NCBI GenBank assembly: GCA_023247795.1
Contig: JAHFFT010000010.1
Location: 1 to 58,220 of the forward strand
Length of the DNA: 58,220 nucleotides
Source of the DNA: Candidatus Omnitrophota bacterium
GTDB taxonomy: Bacteria > Omnitrophota > Gorgyraeia > Zapsychrales > JANLHA01
Reading direction: 5' to 3'
Shown: positions 12,101-17,730 of the stretch, one piece after another
How positions within the stretch are numbered: position 1 is the first letter of the stretch
How the letters are laid out: each line of letters begins with the position of its first letter
The notes under the pieces: generated by a model
Databases searched by the model: none
The model's input: the letters and a program-made list of their open reading frames with translations, nothing else
What the model was told of the DNA's origin: nothing
Made by a program: the position numbers and the translations under genes

Positions 12101-15100
12101 AGCAAGTGGCGGGAGGGATTAGACAAAGCTTTTGCGTGGCTTGAAATGGCCGGGGTTCCTATGATAGCGACAACGGTTACCTTTAGTTCTGGGGAATCTG
12201 TCACTGTGCGAAGGAATCAAGATGAAATTTTGATCGCGGGAAATTCTTCGCCGCCTACAGCAGAAGAGCTATTCAAAACCATTGCTGCCAGATTAGACCC
12301 CAACCTTCTTGACTATCACCAGCCTATTTTCATTGAGGATTCATGGATTGTTTTGCGCGCCCCGCATCCAAATTCACTAAGCCCAGAGCGGCTGGATTCT
12401 TTGGTTGACGAGCTTTATGAAGCCGGCGCTTTATGGGGTGAATCGCTCAGGCCCGACCGGGCCGCGATTAAGCGCCGACTCATCGATCACCCTGGCGGCC
12501 ACAGCTTTTTGCTTGATGCAAAGGGGCGAATTCATGGTGTTATCTACAGCTCCAAATTAAATACGAATACGGTAGGGGATCTTCCAGGAGAATGGCTGAG
12601 CATGAGTCAGAGTCACGACCCTCAAGGAAATACACGGGTTGATTATGACGTTTCCATTCTTCCCAGAGGAGTTCAGAGACCTCAAAGTATCAATTCCAGC
12701 GTCCTTATTCACCATCAACAGGTCCTCGCTCAAAAGGAAGGTCTCGATTTTCTTTATGCCTACAGCCGCCCTGCGGGTTACCAAAGCTTTGTGGATTTAT
12801 ACGGTAAGGACTTTGAGCGGGAGTTTAAGGTTGAACTTACTGTGAAACATTATTTGGGCGCGATGCGGTATCTGGGTGCGCCTCTTGCTTCGTATGACCA
12901 CGATTTTTTTGAAAAAGAATTGTTTCAGTATTGGAAAGAGTTGCTTGGAGATAATTGGGCTCAAAGGGTGAGTGCGATGGATGAGAGTCAAACGGTTCAG
13001 GCTTTAGAAGGGTTGTCTGCTTTCATTGTGGATCGAGGATATCAACATGCTGATTTTGTTCTTGGGTTACACTTGAGCCAGGGCGCTCAAGTGGCTCGGA
13101 TCATCCCGAACGGACGGCCCGAAGATCTCGGGGCCGGCGGTTTTAATGTTGTGATGGGATATCCTGTTCAGCGTTTGAGTCAGATTGTTGTCAGGCACTA
13201 CCCTGAAGACGTGAGATTATTTGTCGAAAGCTGGATTTTAGATTTTACGGCTGGCCGATTTGGAACTGAATCCAGTAATGAGCAGGTAACAAACTTTGCG
13301 GCCGTCATGCTTGGGTCGGTTCAGGAAAAGCTTGCTATACCGCTTGCCGATGGCGGCGGAGTATCGATCCTTAGGAATTTCGACGCGCCGCTTACGATCG
13401 TGTGGATTACGGGAGATGAGGATTTTTCCGTGATGCGATTTGATGAAAATGGAAATCTCTTATCGTCCAGCCATACGAGTGTGGCGGATGCGCTTAATGA
13501 GAGTATAGACATTACCCTCATCCATCCATTGAAAGAAATCTGGAGCGTCAGCCAAAATGAGGATGTGAAAAATGGAATAGAGGATTTGCTTCAGAGTCTT
13601 GAGCTGGCGATTCCAGCGGGTGTGTTTGGACTCAAGCAGGTTTTGACTGAAGCGTATACTTCCGGGGGAAGGCTTTCAGAGTTTGACCGTGTGATGGTGG
13701 AGCAATATTTTTCAAAGATGAATTCACGGCCCATTCAAATTGTCGATATGGCCGCGAGCAGCGGAATCACAAGTTTGGATCTAGCCAAAGTTCTTGAAGA
13801 GAAAGATATTCCTTCGGTCGTCACGTCATCCGATATTGCTGTCGAGCTGCGGGTGGTGAGAAGCGGAACAAGTGTTGGCGTTTTCGATTCTCATGAAAAT
13901 TTACTTCAGGTCAGAATTATGAAAGAAAATGGATCGGACGATGAGGGTGAGGAGGAAATTTTTTACGCGGATAATTTAGATCAATTGCCTGACGGGCTAC
14001 AAAGCAGTTTGGAAGCGCAGTATGCGATGGGTAAATACACTTCATTTAATCGCACCGATCCAAGAGTTGAGTCGCACAAGCAGGGCATTGTGGAGCTGAA
14101 AGTCAAAGAGATTGATGTCACCGATCCCGGGCTTGAAAAGGATACCTACGACGTGGTTCGGCTGTTTAACTTCCTGCGTTATTTTGAGAACAGCGCATCG
14201 GAGGTGACTTCAGCGATTTTAATCAATGCCGGACGGTCACTCAAAAATGGCGGCTATCTTTTCGCGGGCAGAGGATCCGACGAAGGTTATCAATATGCCG
14301 TGTGGCAAAGGGTGGACAATCAACTCATCCGCGTGTCAACGGACGATCCACCGGCGAATTATCTTCTAAACCAAGGGAACCTTAGTTTAGCTGATTCCGC
14401 ACCTCAGATTAAATTCGAAGCTTTAGGCAAGCCAAAGACAATGACAGATGAGGAAATGGTTGCCAAGATTCAGAGTGAGGGGCTTTGGGTTCAGAGTGAT
14501 ACTGAACTGCGCGCGAATATCGAAAGTTTTGGCGGAAATGTTGAGGCCAAGTACCACGAGCTTGCGGATAATCCCGAGATCGAGATTCGTTTTTTCCGTG
14601 ATGTAAATGCGATTGGATTCCGCCAAGGGAATATTGTTTGGTTGAATGAATGGCTTGGAAGCGCTCATCAGGCTCACGCGCCTCCTGGTTTTGACATCGA
14701 AGCGCACCGAAGCGTTCTCGAGTACATTCTCACTGAGCAGACCCATCATAACTCCACAACCGGCACCTTTGCCGAAGAGTTCACTGAAGAAGTCAGCGCC
14801 GGACTTGCGGGAATAACGGTTTTAGTCAGAGACATTCACAATCAGAATGATATGAAAAAGCGCATTCACGACCACGTGGTCATTACAGGGGGGTTCCCGC
14901 CTGACGCGATTCTTTTGGATGAAGTTTTAGACTTGGCTGAGCTTTTTGCCGAGCAAGACTGGTTTTCCAGCGAAGGGAAACTGGCAGATGCGGCAAGGGG
15001 AAGTTATGCCTGGTTTGTCGCGGAATACTACCAAGCTTACTCGTCGCTTTACCAGTTTGCCGAGGAGGTTCATGAGAGCGACGCTACGGAAGGTTTGCTG

Positions 15101-17443
15101 ACGCTCTTTGAAACAACTCCCATCGTTTCTCGGACATTGCAGCGTGTGTATCGAAGCGATCCTGCGATGCGGTTTATCACAAAAGACATGATTCAATCGG
15201 TGAACATTTCTTATGTTGGAACAGGCGATTTTCGAGATGTCTATCACGTGACGGTTACACTGCGCAATCAAACCACCAGGGAATTTGCGCTTAAGATCAG
15301 TAAGAGCCTTCAGAAAAATTCTCACATGGTTAAAAGTTTTGTGGTCGAACGACCGGGGACGCAGAGGGAGATGAGCATCTGGGAATTGCCGAACGGCCGT
15401 CTTGTGTTGACAGAGCCTTACTATGCGGGAGATGACTTCGCAAATGTTCAATTTGCTTTTATGTCTGGGAAAATTTCAAAACAAAGTTTTGATCAAGCAA
15501 CGCGGGCAGTTGCTCGGGAGTCTATTGGTTTTTGGGAGCGTACAGGAGGGTATTTTATTGGGGATCCAAAGCAAGATCAATATCGGATGGAAAGTCCCGA
15601 GAAAGAGAACGATCCATGGGTGGCTCATCTGATTGATACGGGTTTTATCGAACAATACCGCTCAGACGCAGACGTGCATTATGAGGTCATCAATGACGGT
15701 GATGTCAGCGTTTTGAATTCCGAAGGCACAGCCCTAAGACCCAATGAATGGCTGAAGCTCATGGGTCCTACCGAGATCATGTTTAATTTTGCGTATTGGT
15801 TATTCTATTCCGGTCCTGAGGGTTTTGATGAGACGTCCGTTTTATTTGCCGTTGCTCCCGACCAGATGCGACTAATTCGCAATCTCTTCAGTCAAATAGA
15901 TATATCGCGAGAAGCAGTGGTTGATGGAGTGCTGGATGCATTAAGCCATGAGCCAGGCGCGGGCAGGGATTTTTTGAGAGCCATCGATCTTCAGGCTGTT
16001 CAGGACGACGCGCTTTCGATTGCTGCGACGGATGCGTTAATAAAATTATATGAGCAGGAATTTGGCATTACCGCACAAACTCCTGACGGCCGCCGCGGGC
16101 AGTTTGTTGCGGCGCTTGCGAGGCGTGCTGCCACTACGGCAGACCTGGAACAGCGCGAACAAGATTTACGGCTGGCAAAGACGGCTGCAGGCTTAATCCG
16201 TAATAACATTTCGCGGGGAGAAGCCTGGCTTGCAATCGGAAAAGCTGAAGCGGCGCTCGGGCGTGATCCAAGCAATAGTTTGAGCATCGCAAGAAACTCC
16301 GCAGTGGAAGGCTTACAACGCTTGATGAATGACGGAGCTTTTACGGCGGATCGATTTGGAACTGAATCCAGTAATGAGCAGGTAACAAACTTTGCGCGTG
16401 TGATGCTTGGGTCGGTTCAGGAAAAACTCGCGATACCGCTTGCCGATGGCGGCGGGGTGTCAATCCTTAGGAATTTTGACGCGCCGCTCACCATCGTGTG
16501 GATTACGGGGGATGAGGATTTTTCCGTGATGCGATTTGATGAAGAAGGGAATCTTTTTTCGTCCTTCTATTCCAGTCATACGGATGTGGTGCGAATGGAT
16601 TGGAGTGTAGACATTACCATCATCCATCCTTTGAAAGAAATCTGGAGCGTTAGCAAAAATGAGGGTGTGAAAAATCTAATAGAGTATTGGCTTAACGGTG
16701 GCTTTGGTTTAGAAATACAATTGGGTGTGGTCAGCGCTGATGTGACCACGTCTCAAGGCAAGCTTGCAGAATTTGACCGTCTGATGGTAGACCAATACCT
16801 TTCACCAATGAGCTCGCAGAGCTCGCATCCCCTTCAAATTGCTGATATGGGTGCCAGCACTGGAATTACAAGCTTAGATCTAGCCAAGATTCTTGAGGAA
16901 AGAAATATTTCATCGGTAGTCACCTCATCGGATATTACTCTTGAACTTCGTGTAGTGAGAAGCGGATCGCATGTTGGCATTTTCGATTCTCATGGAAATT
17001 TACTTTGGGCCAGAATCACGAAAGAAGATGTATCAAATGAGGAACTGGAAGCGCAGTATGCGATGGGTAAATACACTTCATTTAATCGCACGGATCCAAG
17101 AGTTGAGTCGCACAAGCAGGGCATTGTGGAGCTGAAAGTCAAAGAGACGGATGTCACCGATCCCGGGCTTGAAAAGGATACCTACGACGTGGTTCGGCTG
17201 TTTAACGTCCTGCGTTTTCTTGAAACTCGCTCACCCGATACGATTCCAGCGATTTTAATCAATGTCGGACGGTCACTCAAAAATGGCGGTTATCTTTTCG
17301 CGGGCAGAGGATCCGACAATGATTATCAATATGCCGTGTGGCAAAGGGTGGACAATCAACTCATCCGCGTGCCAACGGACGACCCACGGGCGAATTATCT
17401 TCCAAACCAAGGGAACCTTAGTTTAGCTGATTTAGCACCGTAG
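44..17443 (+). CDS. Giant secreted multidomain mosaic protein (5,799 codons as tracked; possibly 5'-partial)
   Basis: ORF-track entry with a 17.4-kb uninterrupted frame and TAG stop at 17441-17443. The N-terminus LVGAMALMLGLAIVSVGGKALA/PMP looks like a signal peptide. Positions 2-43 in the same frame carry no stop (NLQKLTAPLTKPIL), so GTG44 or ATG53 may not be the true start. Confidence 0.9.
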   Translation: MGAMALMLGLAIVSVGGKALAPMPVSIAPVTAVQKNAAVADLVKIIAAENMQTPVSEWRVQEAWRMLESLPPSDYGIYFVDDLSSKMGDAAGEFRRGVVLDSGIVLIEKSLDPIERKYTYVDLMTRQALESIDNDSYMIGDTSAALRYASGEKLVDAALKNDAVDWNGLAAFLGRTPSDGQMTEALKYILLKGALAWRIEYEERSAQGEITPEEETFLKTLQSYLNSLAVRDLYTEMRAVLAEHQFISPDLLRSIDSAGPTADTVEELTQPSNTANSLTAHDPSGGLAAIFGALFGLLPLIGRMSRSDEVSKDRIERYKRAVAELRFLRGDWAGGNREFLEFFKKEAQTTDSTIQRLLSQQDQAVLAIFSIPTNQRSRLKQSLRSTIIEIMQREFKAIIAAGGSLHFDLTNLRTGDIQDDQQWSYNFDIDIEFSALIEDPEIFNSPNTHFYHSGRDSTASVREGILALRNNPLQEGEEAGKRKPGMVGSGRGKRKVVISPDDQEKAREALEEFITKYTTPGDPISRAFGIQLTKNEAQQIYRMRKGTIGALPRPLAEKLVGAVRAKINDEELEKNWIDRLVAFVATHHYPGDGQILYEFITYVMDETEPINHFGKQFGFSLNILYDYLWARRTFDQSPETEIYLQRLLDLSKTPEDHAHWLARFHKSDVSAGNISRGFTAEEDVQIRRDNEKNSAQVKAAEEAKPDDDNMVKLIAQRRKNLLEKYAHDIRLELEHAHVSEEDIVKVGALLSEMPAFWANSRVEGEERFWLGNESARAVDVLRFLKTREETGDVKNLVEEYDLHEILHNTPLTHEQIITITNKIFRRNDTNPLGQALRGFITLSQLRSSPSGLHNAVNVINLLAKREALGVSLSADQEEMLTSLTQALNSLPSSGDFFQYGAVFMSREGMNAMLKRLPDLRQSLPETEPRSFTLKSGLMIFSDYADIFVIPEGMESPLRNSIRNRLQRDGVLGFATYDPPAPEIRDEYRLILRESRYRREVFYGVFSRVLEDNPDLWSAVLLNRTDPSWWTRLADSVNIAVNGHSITEQDIEGDTHQALRIRILREVITQHEEAYLLALAQVTSSYTRYPELNTILDEGRVMTEFMVAIHRMAIDHHLIDGEIIEAVGSGNDEITAGSYLTLIARLYAIAEWYAASESLGANSPEGYFPLTLYTDQGAQGIYYVFQLLQVYRDVLGIPETAFQNSPEILARALNRILREINGPDTVDLYQPQRLPFDKFHDTIRFFSQEYQRSGNIDAYSGLSGLLKLAQELGGVHLGDLVNAFKDDLVIKNLWGVSDLDWPTINLSYNAFVNGEVSTQQMLVLISYLQNDRPNIRQKAFLSLLRFIENADDSTPANRELIATAIRAVNDARQSFALANAPKFSVSAKVLSRFAQVLLPSWTGERQLDAIALGAGVTLIDESLEGGPAEFLEEGPLKDALFQAEISHIFNHIAGSDVITSDYVLSHFKSPGNSGQELVSESLAFIDSEGNWQALADHAGLKEPKSRNEKLAVLSAAIARSLWLSDNFINGHWTEEERKEFMALSYSLNITRSTLNVLSFLVEEIRERKAQNIILKPYQVGAVPIGQPWSLETVSESQASYTRAGAVSAALAGAVKDLRVGEHALFLGDTPGSRLTKEDMADLKSQLPPDAAQGAEHAWELKKGEEIFRYTFVARKIGATTLWVEANSGYEPGGVHDSLLQDAWVQIAKEGLDPSAALVRFQSAHIISKVLHTNGRVEVVDLLAGNPAQDGFLFYHKSLDEKLNELNARVRPGLDGGLGGGDIFRQVLDEHEPWHEVLGRDTPQAEEERVQMDIQRLIELARQNKIEIIKLANALADTGMVTQRFKDRLMTSGFEALSKEEPAYIGELHRAILAVLGNGNVTEEKLTALIPVVARRIIEEGVLTMDGIGDLGKVDSVLLALDAYGYGNRILFSIMGQRLQDLLAYVGAIKANYFTLAQSTASPPALINAGYELAYSVSRGLITRATAKDRVAEIISHLLTKYKLSEDDRQILEGLLDPRRPNTIDDWPENITGKVLIEELDILLPHFFQIEGPEDANGINSFDLPNDGIILRILQEIRKESLSKRLEFSNYHDSGNDRVGYAWELALLTTGDVVVSFYRTPLTNRGMYSLYGYGEPREPLAQFLLYDTTRGILNMPELVYRINQDHDDSEKEPWEIRPVLGDGDVTEGKLEALRPVMAGMIGKEGVLTMNGIEDLVTDDSVLLWLAAYGYTGRIKSPLSQRLQDALAYGDGVMAKYNTLEQSTTVSPNLQDAGYELAYAVEKGLILRKTATERGSKMIAYLIAKYDLSENDRRILRDLLDPLVSGWINESNLVFISPTEEEPPIRGNISQGYTADEEAAIRKEIIANSDQVRNANEDVVALAEERSRVFLETYKTKMEEVLRRRIAETIREEGLPDDQIETEVNRQIETMNSILTNPRDLLHWFDSKVEGEDKFYLGNESARAVDLIRFLKEAEEQGEIKNLIERYLFHEAAENTSLSHNEIIDAEAEIFNDPAVESPGQTLLGVKLRKFIDEQAVAWYSKLDTQTIRESQASYTRAGAVSAALAWAVKDLRVGEHALFLGDTPESRLTKEDMADLKSQLPQDAAEGTEHAWELKKGEEILRFNFVARKIGATTLWVEANSGYEPGGVHDSLLKDAWVQIAKEGLDPSAALVRFQSAHIISKVLQANGRVEVVDLLAGNPAQDGFLFYHKSLDEKLNELNARVRPGLDGGLGGGDIFRQVLDEHEPWHEVPGRDTPEAEEERVQMDIQRLIELARQNKIEIIPLANALADTGMVTPEFKNRLLTSGLEALSNEKIAEIDLSILKNLLDWRLAALVELEQIAGEGTYITTMGQTESGYLVVTFRKRGVGGAMIQVYWPKWASSSDEAFILDHGQIYFLKSKTPSPFASAGLMDLAEREPQFQALRDFLPDLRVALQRQLDKTQVVLNQEPEEVRALLAPMLNALLNEFRGAFNRPEAIPTAMRRLALLEIQMRHFAKLIRERISAGEGLELKKIENPQGDRINLSGKQFRIHPTVMQEVKTMFRVQRPNAAEITAVLLVRYNPYDSSGLPQVLTISGDATDPAVFFVNGQRTELTKVNEIEDDDVQLFVTTTKDNVTYDRDGRIEISRVRFVITPRNHAENFRNDFRFQISGVVDAGGFSAKRPSGISIWTADGSFVSRIVIEPRQDNRQVITINGTKYSFDALPLRPTIRLFDFIPQLADRLVMSEPLAITQKGMVFARGLKFQVLPDNVDFNQIKDRLEARLYWKVDRPEHIEIRDKANNVLLARIDFRGSKVVLVNSGEEVILIESDTGQKNFVVYPYSPELLSWIKQFVASVSTDPITNMNGVVNLGDHRFRIYPALSGIETEEETAFRAYLNQRILIESKPLIGSLGNVEHTLMLGDQMMLRISLLQRGKVRIEAGALETDEEPITQELDLPDARSVIDLLNLIPLYKQHIDQLRQEFQINQEFSTEEDAAEIPSQIGNDSFVSGIVLDENAKPQTAKMKDKVGNPLSDLKLTEAGNFDVQAGLDVLKEQLEYPENSDHQAILNGLKNFAPQHGLPEYTVDPQPEHGNFTAHVPENLDILIAHVGLDSLPTELKALVFSFHEEGHRQADRKNLTLIPVEAGEGGPAITVQFQNQDPINLKLTQANAIRIFEKYRTAKEQGLDPNHYLLWAMAEEMFPRLDQKLTQTLTQITDGHHFKTIREAAGLDQEELAFQVGISSPFLYQIERGIYPITLSLRLRLTTALLPHLGNDLKAQTWLVSRFNEEFTQTPRVSLSIPPQEISQAKEWLKSDEAKKVLPQDLQTLSLFQSALDSHPATMDEVLDLNTLSDGQKLLGIRWILNLTQRGLARTAGISYSLISQIEQDNRPITLSTRLRLTIALLPHLGEYPRAQDWLLDGLSSAIPLASDSQLSAAAQGIETAQAFLNSVTEDVLSQDRIAQLNLILKRIEEKIFYLSGGIQELHRLLTSASGADRQVAANRILNLDRNDGELLDGVINLLNQVTHDASLAQDIRDHAQSVSKWREGLDKAFAWLEMAGVPMIATTVTFSSGESVTVRRNQDEILIAGNSSPPTAEELFKTIAARLDPNLLDYHQPIFIEDSWIVLRAPHPNSLSPERLDSLVDELYEAGALWGESLRPDRAAIKRRLIDHPGGHSFLLDAKGRIHGVIYSSKLNTNTVGDLPGEWLSMSQSHDPQGNTRVDYDVSILPRGVQRPQSINSSVLIHHQQVLAQKEGLDFLYAYSRPAGYQSFVDLYGKDFEREFKVELTVKHYLGAMRYLGAPLASYDHDFFEKELFQYWKELLGDNWAQRVSAMDESQTVQALEGLSAFIVDRGYQHADFVLGLHLSQGAQVARIIPNGRPEDLGAGGFNVVMGYPVQRLSQIVVRHYPEDVRLFVESWILDFTAGRFGTESSNEQVTNFAAVMLGSVQEKLAIPLADGGGVSILRNFDAPLTIVWITGDEDFSVMRFDENGNLLSSSHTSVADALNESIDITLIHPLKEIWSVSQNEDVKNGIEDLLQSLELAIPAGVFGLKQVLTEAYTSGGRLSEFDRVMVEQYFSKMNSRPIQIVDMAASSGITSLDLAKVLEEKDIPSVVTSSDIAVELRVVRSGTSVGVFDSHENLLQVRIMKENGSDDEGEEEIFYADNLDQLPDGLQSSLEAQYAMGKYTSFNRTDPRVESHKQGIVELKVKEIDVTDPGLEKDTYDVVRLFNFLRYFENSASEVTSAILINAGRSLKNGGYLFAGRGSDEGYQYAVWQRVDNQLIRVSTDDPPANYLLNQGNLSLADSAPQIKFEALGKPKTMTDEEMVAKIQSEGLWVQSDTELRANIESFGGNVEAKYHELADNPEIEIRFFRDVNAIGFRQGNIVWLNEWLGSAHQAHAPPGFDIEAHRSVLEYILTEQTHHNSTTGTFAEEFTEEVSAGLAGITVLVRDIHNQNDMKKRIHDHVVITGGFPPDAILLDEVLDLAELFAEQDWFSSEGKLADAARGSYAWFVAEYYQAYSSLYQFAEEVHESDATEGLLTLFETTPIVSRTLQRVYRSDPAMRFITKDMIQSVNISYVGTGDFRDVYHVTVTLRNQTTREFALKISKSLQKNSHMVKSFVVERPGTQREMSIWELPNGRLVLTEPYYAGDDFANVQFAFMSGKISKQSFDQATRAVARESIGFWERTGGYFIGDPKQDQYRMESPEKENDPWVAHLIDTGFIEQYRSDADVHYEVINDGDVSVLNSEGTALRPNEWLKLMGPTEIMFNFAYWLFYSGPEGFDETSVLFAVAPDQMRLIRNLFSQIDISREAVVDGVLDALSHEPGAGRDFLRAIDLQAVQDDALSIAATDALIKLYEQEFGITAQTPDGRRGQFVAALARRAATTADLEQREQDLRLAKTAAGLIRNNISRGEAWLAIGKAEAALGRDPSNSLSIARNSAVEGLQRLMNDGAFTADRFGTESSNEQVTNFARVMLGSVQEKLAIPLADGGGVSILRNFDAPLTIVWITGDEDFSVMRFDEEGNLFSSFYSSHTDVVRMDWSVDITIIHPLKEIWSVSKNEGVKNLIEYWLNGGFGLEIQLGVVSADVTTSQGKLAEFDRLMVDQYLSPMSSQSSHPLQIADMGASTGITSLDLAKILEERNISSVVTSSDITLELRVVRSGSHVGIFDSHGNLLWARITKEDVSNEELEAQYAMGKYTSFNRTDPRVESHKQGIVELKVKETDVTDPGLEKDTYDVVRLFNVLRFLETRSPDTIPAILINVGRSLKNGGYLFAGRGSDNDYQYAVWQRVDNQLIRVPTDDPRANYLPNQGNLSLADLAP
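4823..5614 (+). repeat. Copy A of a near-identical ~792-bp in-frame direct duplication within gene 1
   Basis: ESQASYTRAGAVSAALAGAVKDLRVGEHALFLGDTP...RLMTSGFEALS aligns gap-free with 7682-8473 at an offset of 2,859 nt (953 codons). By eye I count about 19 differences in about 264 residues, with long stretches of identical DNA. Confidence 0.9.
7682..8473 (+). repeat. Copy B of the near-identical ~792-bp duplication within gene 1
   Basis: ESQASYTRAGAVSAALAWAVKDLRVGEHALFLGDTP...RLLTSGLEALS is colinear with 4823-5614. Confidence 0.9.
11117..11293 (+). other. XRE/Cro-C1-type helix-turn-helix unit 1 inside gene 1
   Basis: ITDGHHFKTIREAAGLDQEELAFQVGISSPFLYQIERGIYPITLSLRLRLTTALLPHLG matches the XRE HTH pattern (L..iR...Gl.qeeLA...Gis...is.iErG...p.......l..aL). 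Confidence 0.7.
11525..11701 (+). other. XRE/Cro-C1-type helix-turn-helix unit 2 inside gene 1
   Basis: LSDGQKLLGIRWILNLTQRGLARTAGISYSLISQIEQDNRPITLSTRLRLTIALLPHLG lies 136 codons downstream of unit 1 and is clearly paralogous to it. Confidence 0.7.
13257..14405 (+). repeat. Copy A of a ~1.1-kb duplicated module in gene 1 (beta-rich region plus CheR-like methyltransferase)
   Basis: FGTESSNEQVTNFAAVMLGSVQEKLAIPLADGGGVSILRNFDAPLTIVWITGDEDFSVMRFDE...NQGNLSLADSAP recurs at 16353-17440. Several runs of roughly 40-80 nt are identical, and there are a few indels. Confidence 0.85.
13729..14340 (+). other. CheR-like class I SAM-dependent methyltransferase unit 1
   Basis: PIQIVDMAASSGITSLDLAKVLEE matches the CheR-type motif I (iWsaGCstGEEpYSlA). 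YDVVRLFNFLRYFENSASEVTSAILINAGRSLKNGGYLFAGRGSD matches fDvIfCRNVliYF....L.pGGyL.lG. Confidence 0.55.
15200..15800 (+). other. Protein-kinase-like (PKL) fold unit in gene 1
   Basis: VGTGDFRDVYHV is a GxGxFxxV-type glycine loop and EFALKIS is a VAIK-like lysine strand. LVLTEPYYAG is hinge-like, FIGDPKQDQY resembles a catalytic loop, and HLIDTGF is DFG-like. Confidence 0.45.
16353..17440 (+). repeat. Copy B of the ~1.1-kb duplicated module, forming the C-terminus of gene 1
   Basis: FGTESSNEQVTNFARVMLGSVQEKLAIPLADGGGVSILRNFDAPLTIVWITGDEDFSVMRFDE...NQGNLSLADLAP, followed directly by the stop codon. Confidence 0.85.
16826..17375 (+). other. CheR-like class I SAM-dependent methyltransferase unit 2
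   Basis: HPLQIADMGASTGITSLDLAKILEE ... YDVVRLFNVLRFLETRSPDTIPAILINVGRSLKNGGYLFAGRGSD is a paralogue of unit 1. Confidence 0.55.
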
Positions 17444-17660
17444 ACCCAACTTCGACAGTTTGCTTCAAGAATTTTTGTAATAGTTCAGCCCTTCTGTGCA
17501 ACTGATACATCGTTTACATTTTACTCATCCCATCGGAGGGGGCAGTACTATGACATCGATTGTCTATTATTTTTTTGACGTTTTTCAAGTGGTCTCTTTG
17601 GAGCGTCTGGGAACGCGTCCTTCTAGAGTTTGCCGGTCTTGAAGAGTCCGGGTGAAATTT

Positions 17661-17699
17661 ATAGTTCTCATTGACAATGAGAACTATTGATGTTATCCT
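17661..17699 (+). promoter_or_regulatory. Sigma70-like promoter overlapped by a 27-bp palindromic operator, upstream of the ATPase gene
   Basis: ATAGTTCTCATT-GAC-AATGAGAACTAT (17661-17687) has perfect 12-bp inverted arms. TTGACA (17671-17676) sits in its centre. A 17-nt spacer leads to an extended -10 TGtTATCCT (17691-17699). Confidence 0.5.
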
Positions 17700-17730
17700 C
17701 TCATTTAGAATGAGAAGAAAGGAGGCTGCG

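Noticed and set aside
12300-13200. Possible GNAT-like acyltransferase region in gene 1 (…LLDAKGRIHGVIYSS…VLIHHQQVLAQKEGLDFLYAYSRPAGY…GAQVARIIPNGRPEDLGAGGFNVVMGY)
   Set aside because: There is only a loose resemblance to the GNAT beta-alpha pattern, and no clear Q/RxxGxG/A acetyl-CoA motif could be placed by eye. I left it unassigned.
2095-15451. Minus-strand ORFs inside gene 1 (for example 2095..2634, 10619..11104, 14927..15451) and short plus-strand out-of-frame ORFs
   Set aside because: They are fully nested in the 17.4-kb open frame and have no motif content. They are antisense or off-frame shadows.
17550-17642. 30-codon sORF (MTSIVYYFFDVFQVVSLERLGTRPSRVCRS) preceded by GGAGGGGG 7 nt upstream, between the gene 1 stop and the operator
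   Set aside because: The Shine-Dalgarno-like element is suggestive, but the peptide has no recognisable features and conservation cannot be assessed here. Evidence is too weak to annotate.
17671-17730. TTG start at 17671 for the ATPase gene, as given in the ORF track (445 aa)
   Set aside because: That TTG is part of the TTGACA -35 box inside the palindrome. ATG 17731 has a consensus AAAGGAGG 5 nt upstream and removes an implausible 20-residue N-terminal extension.
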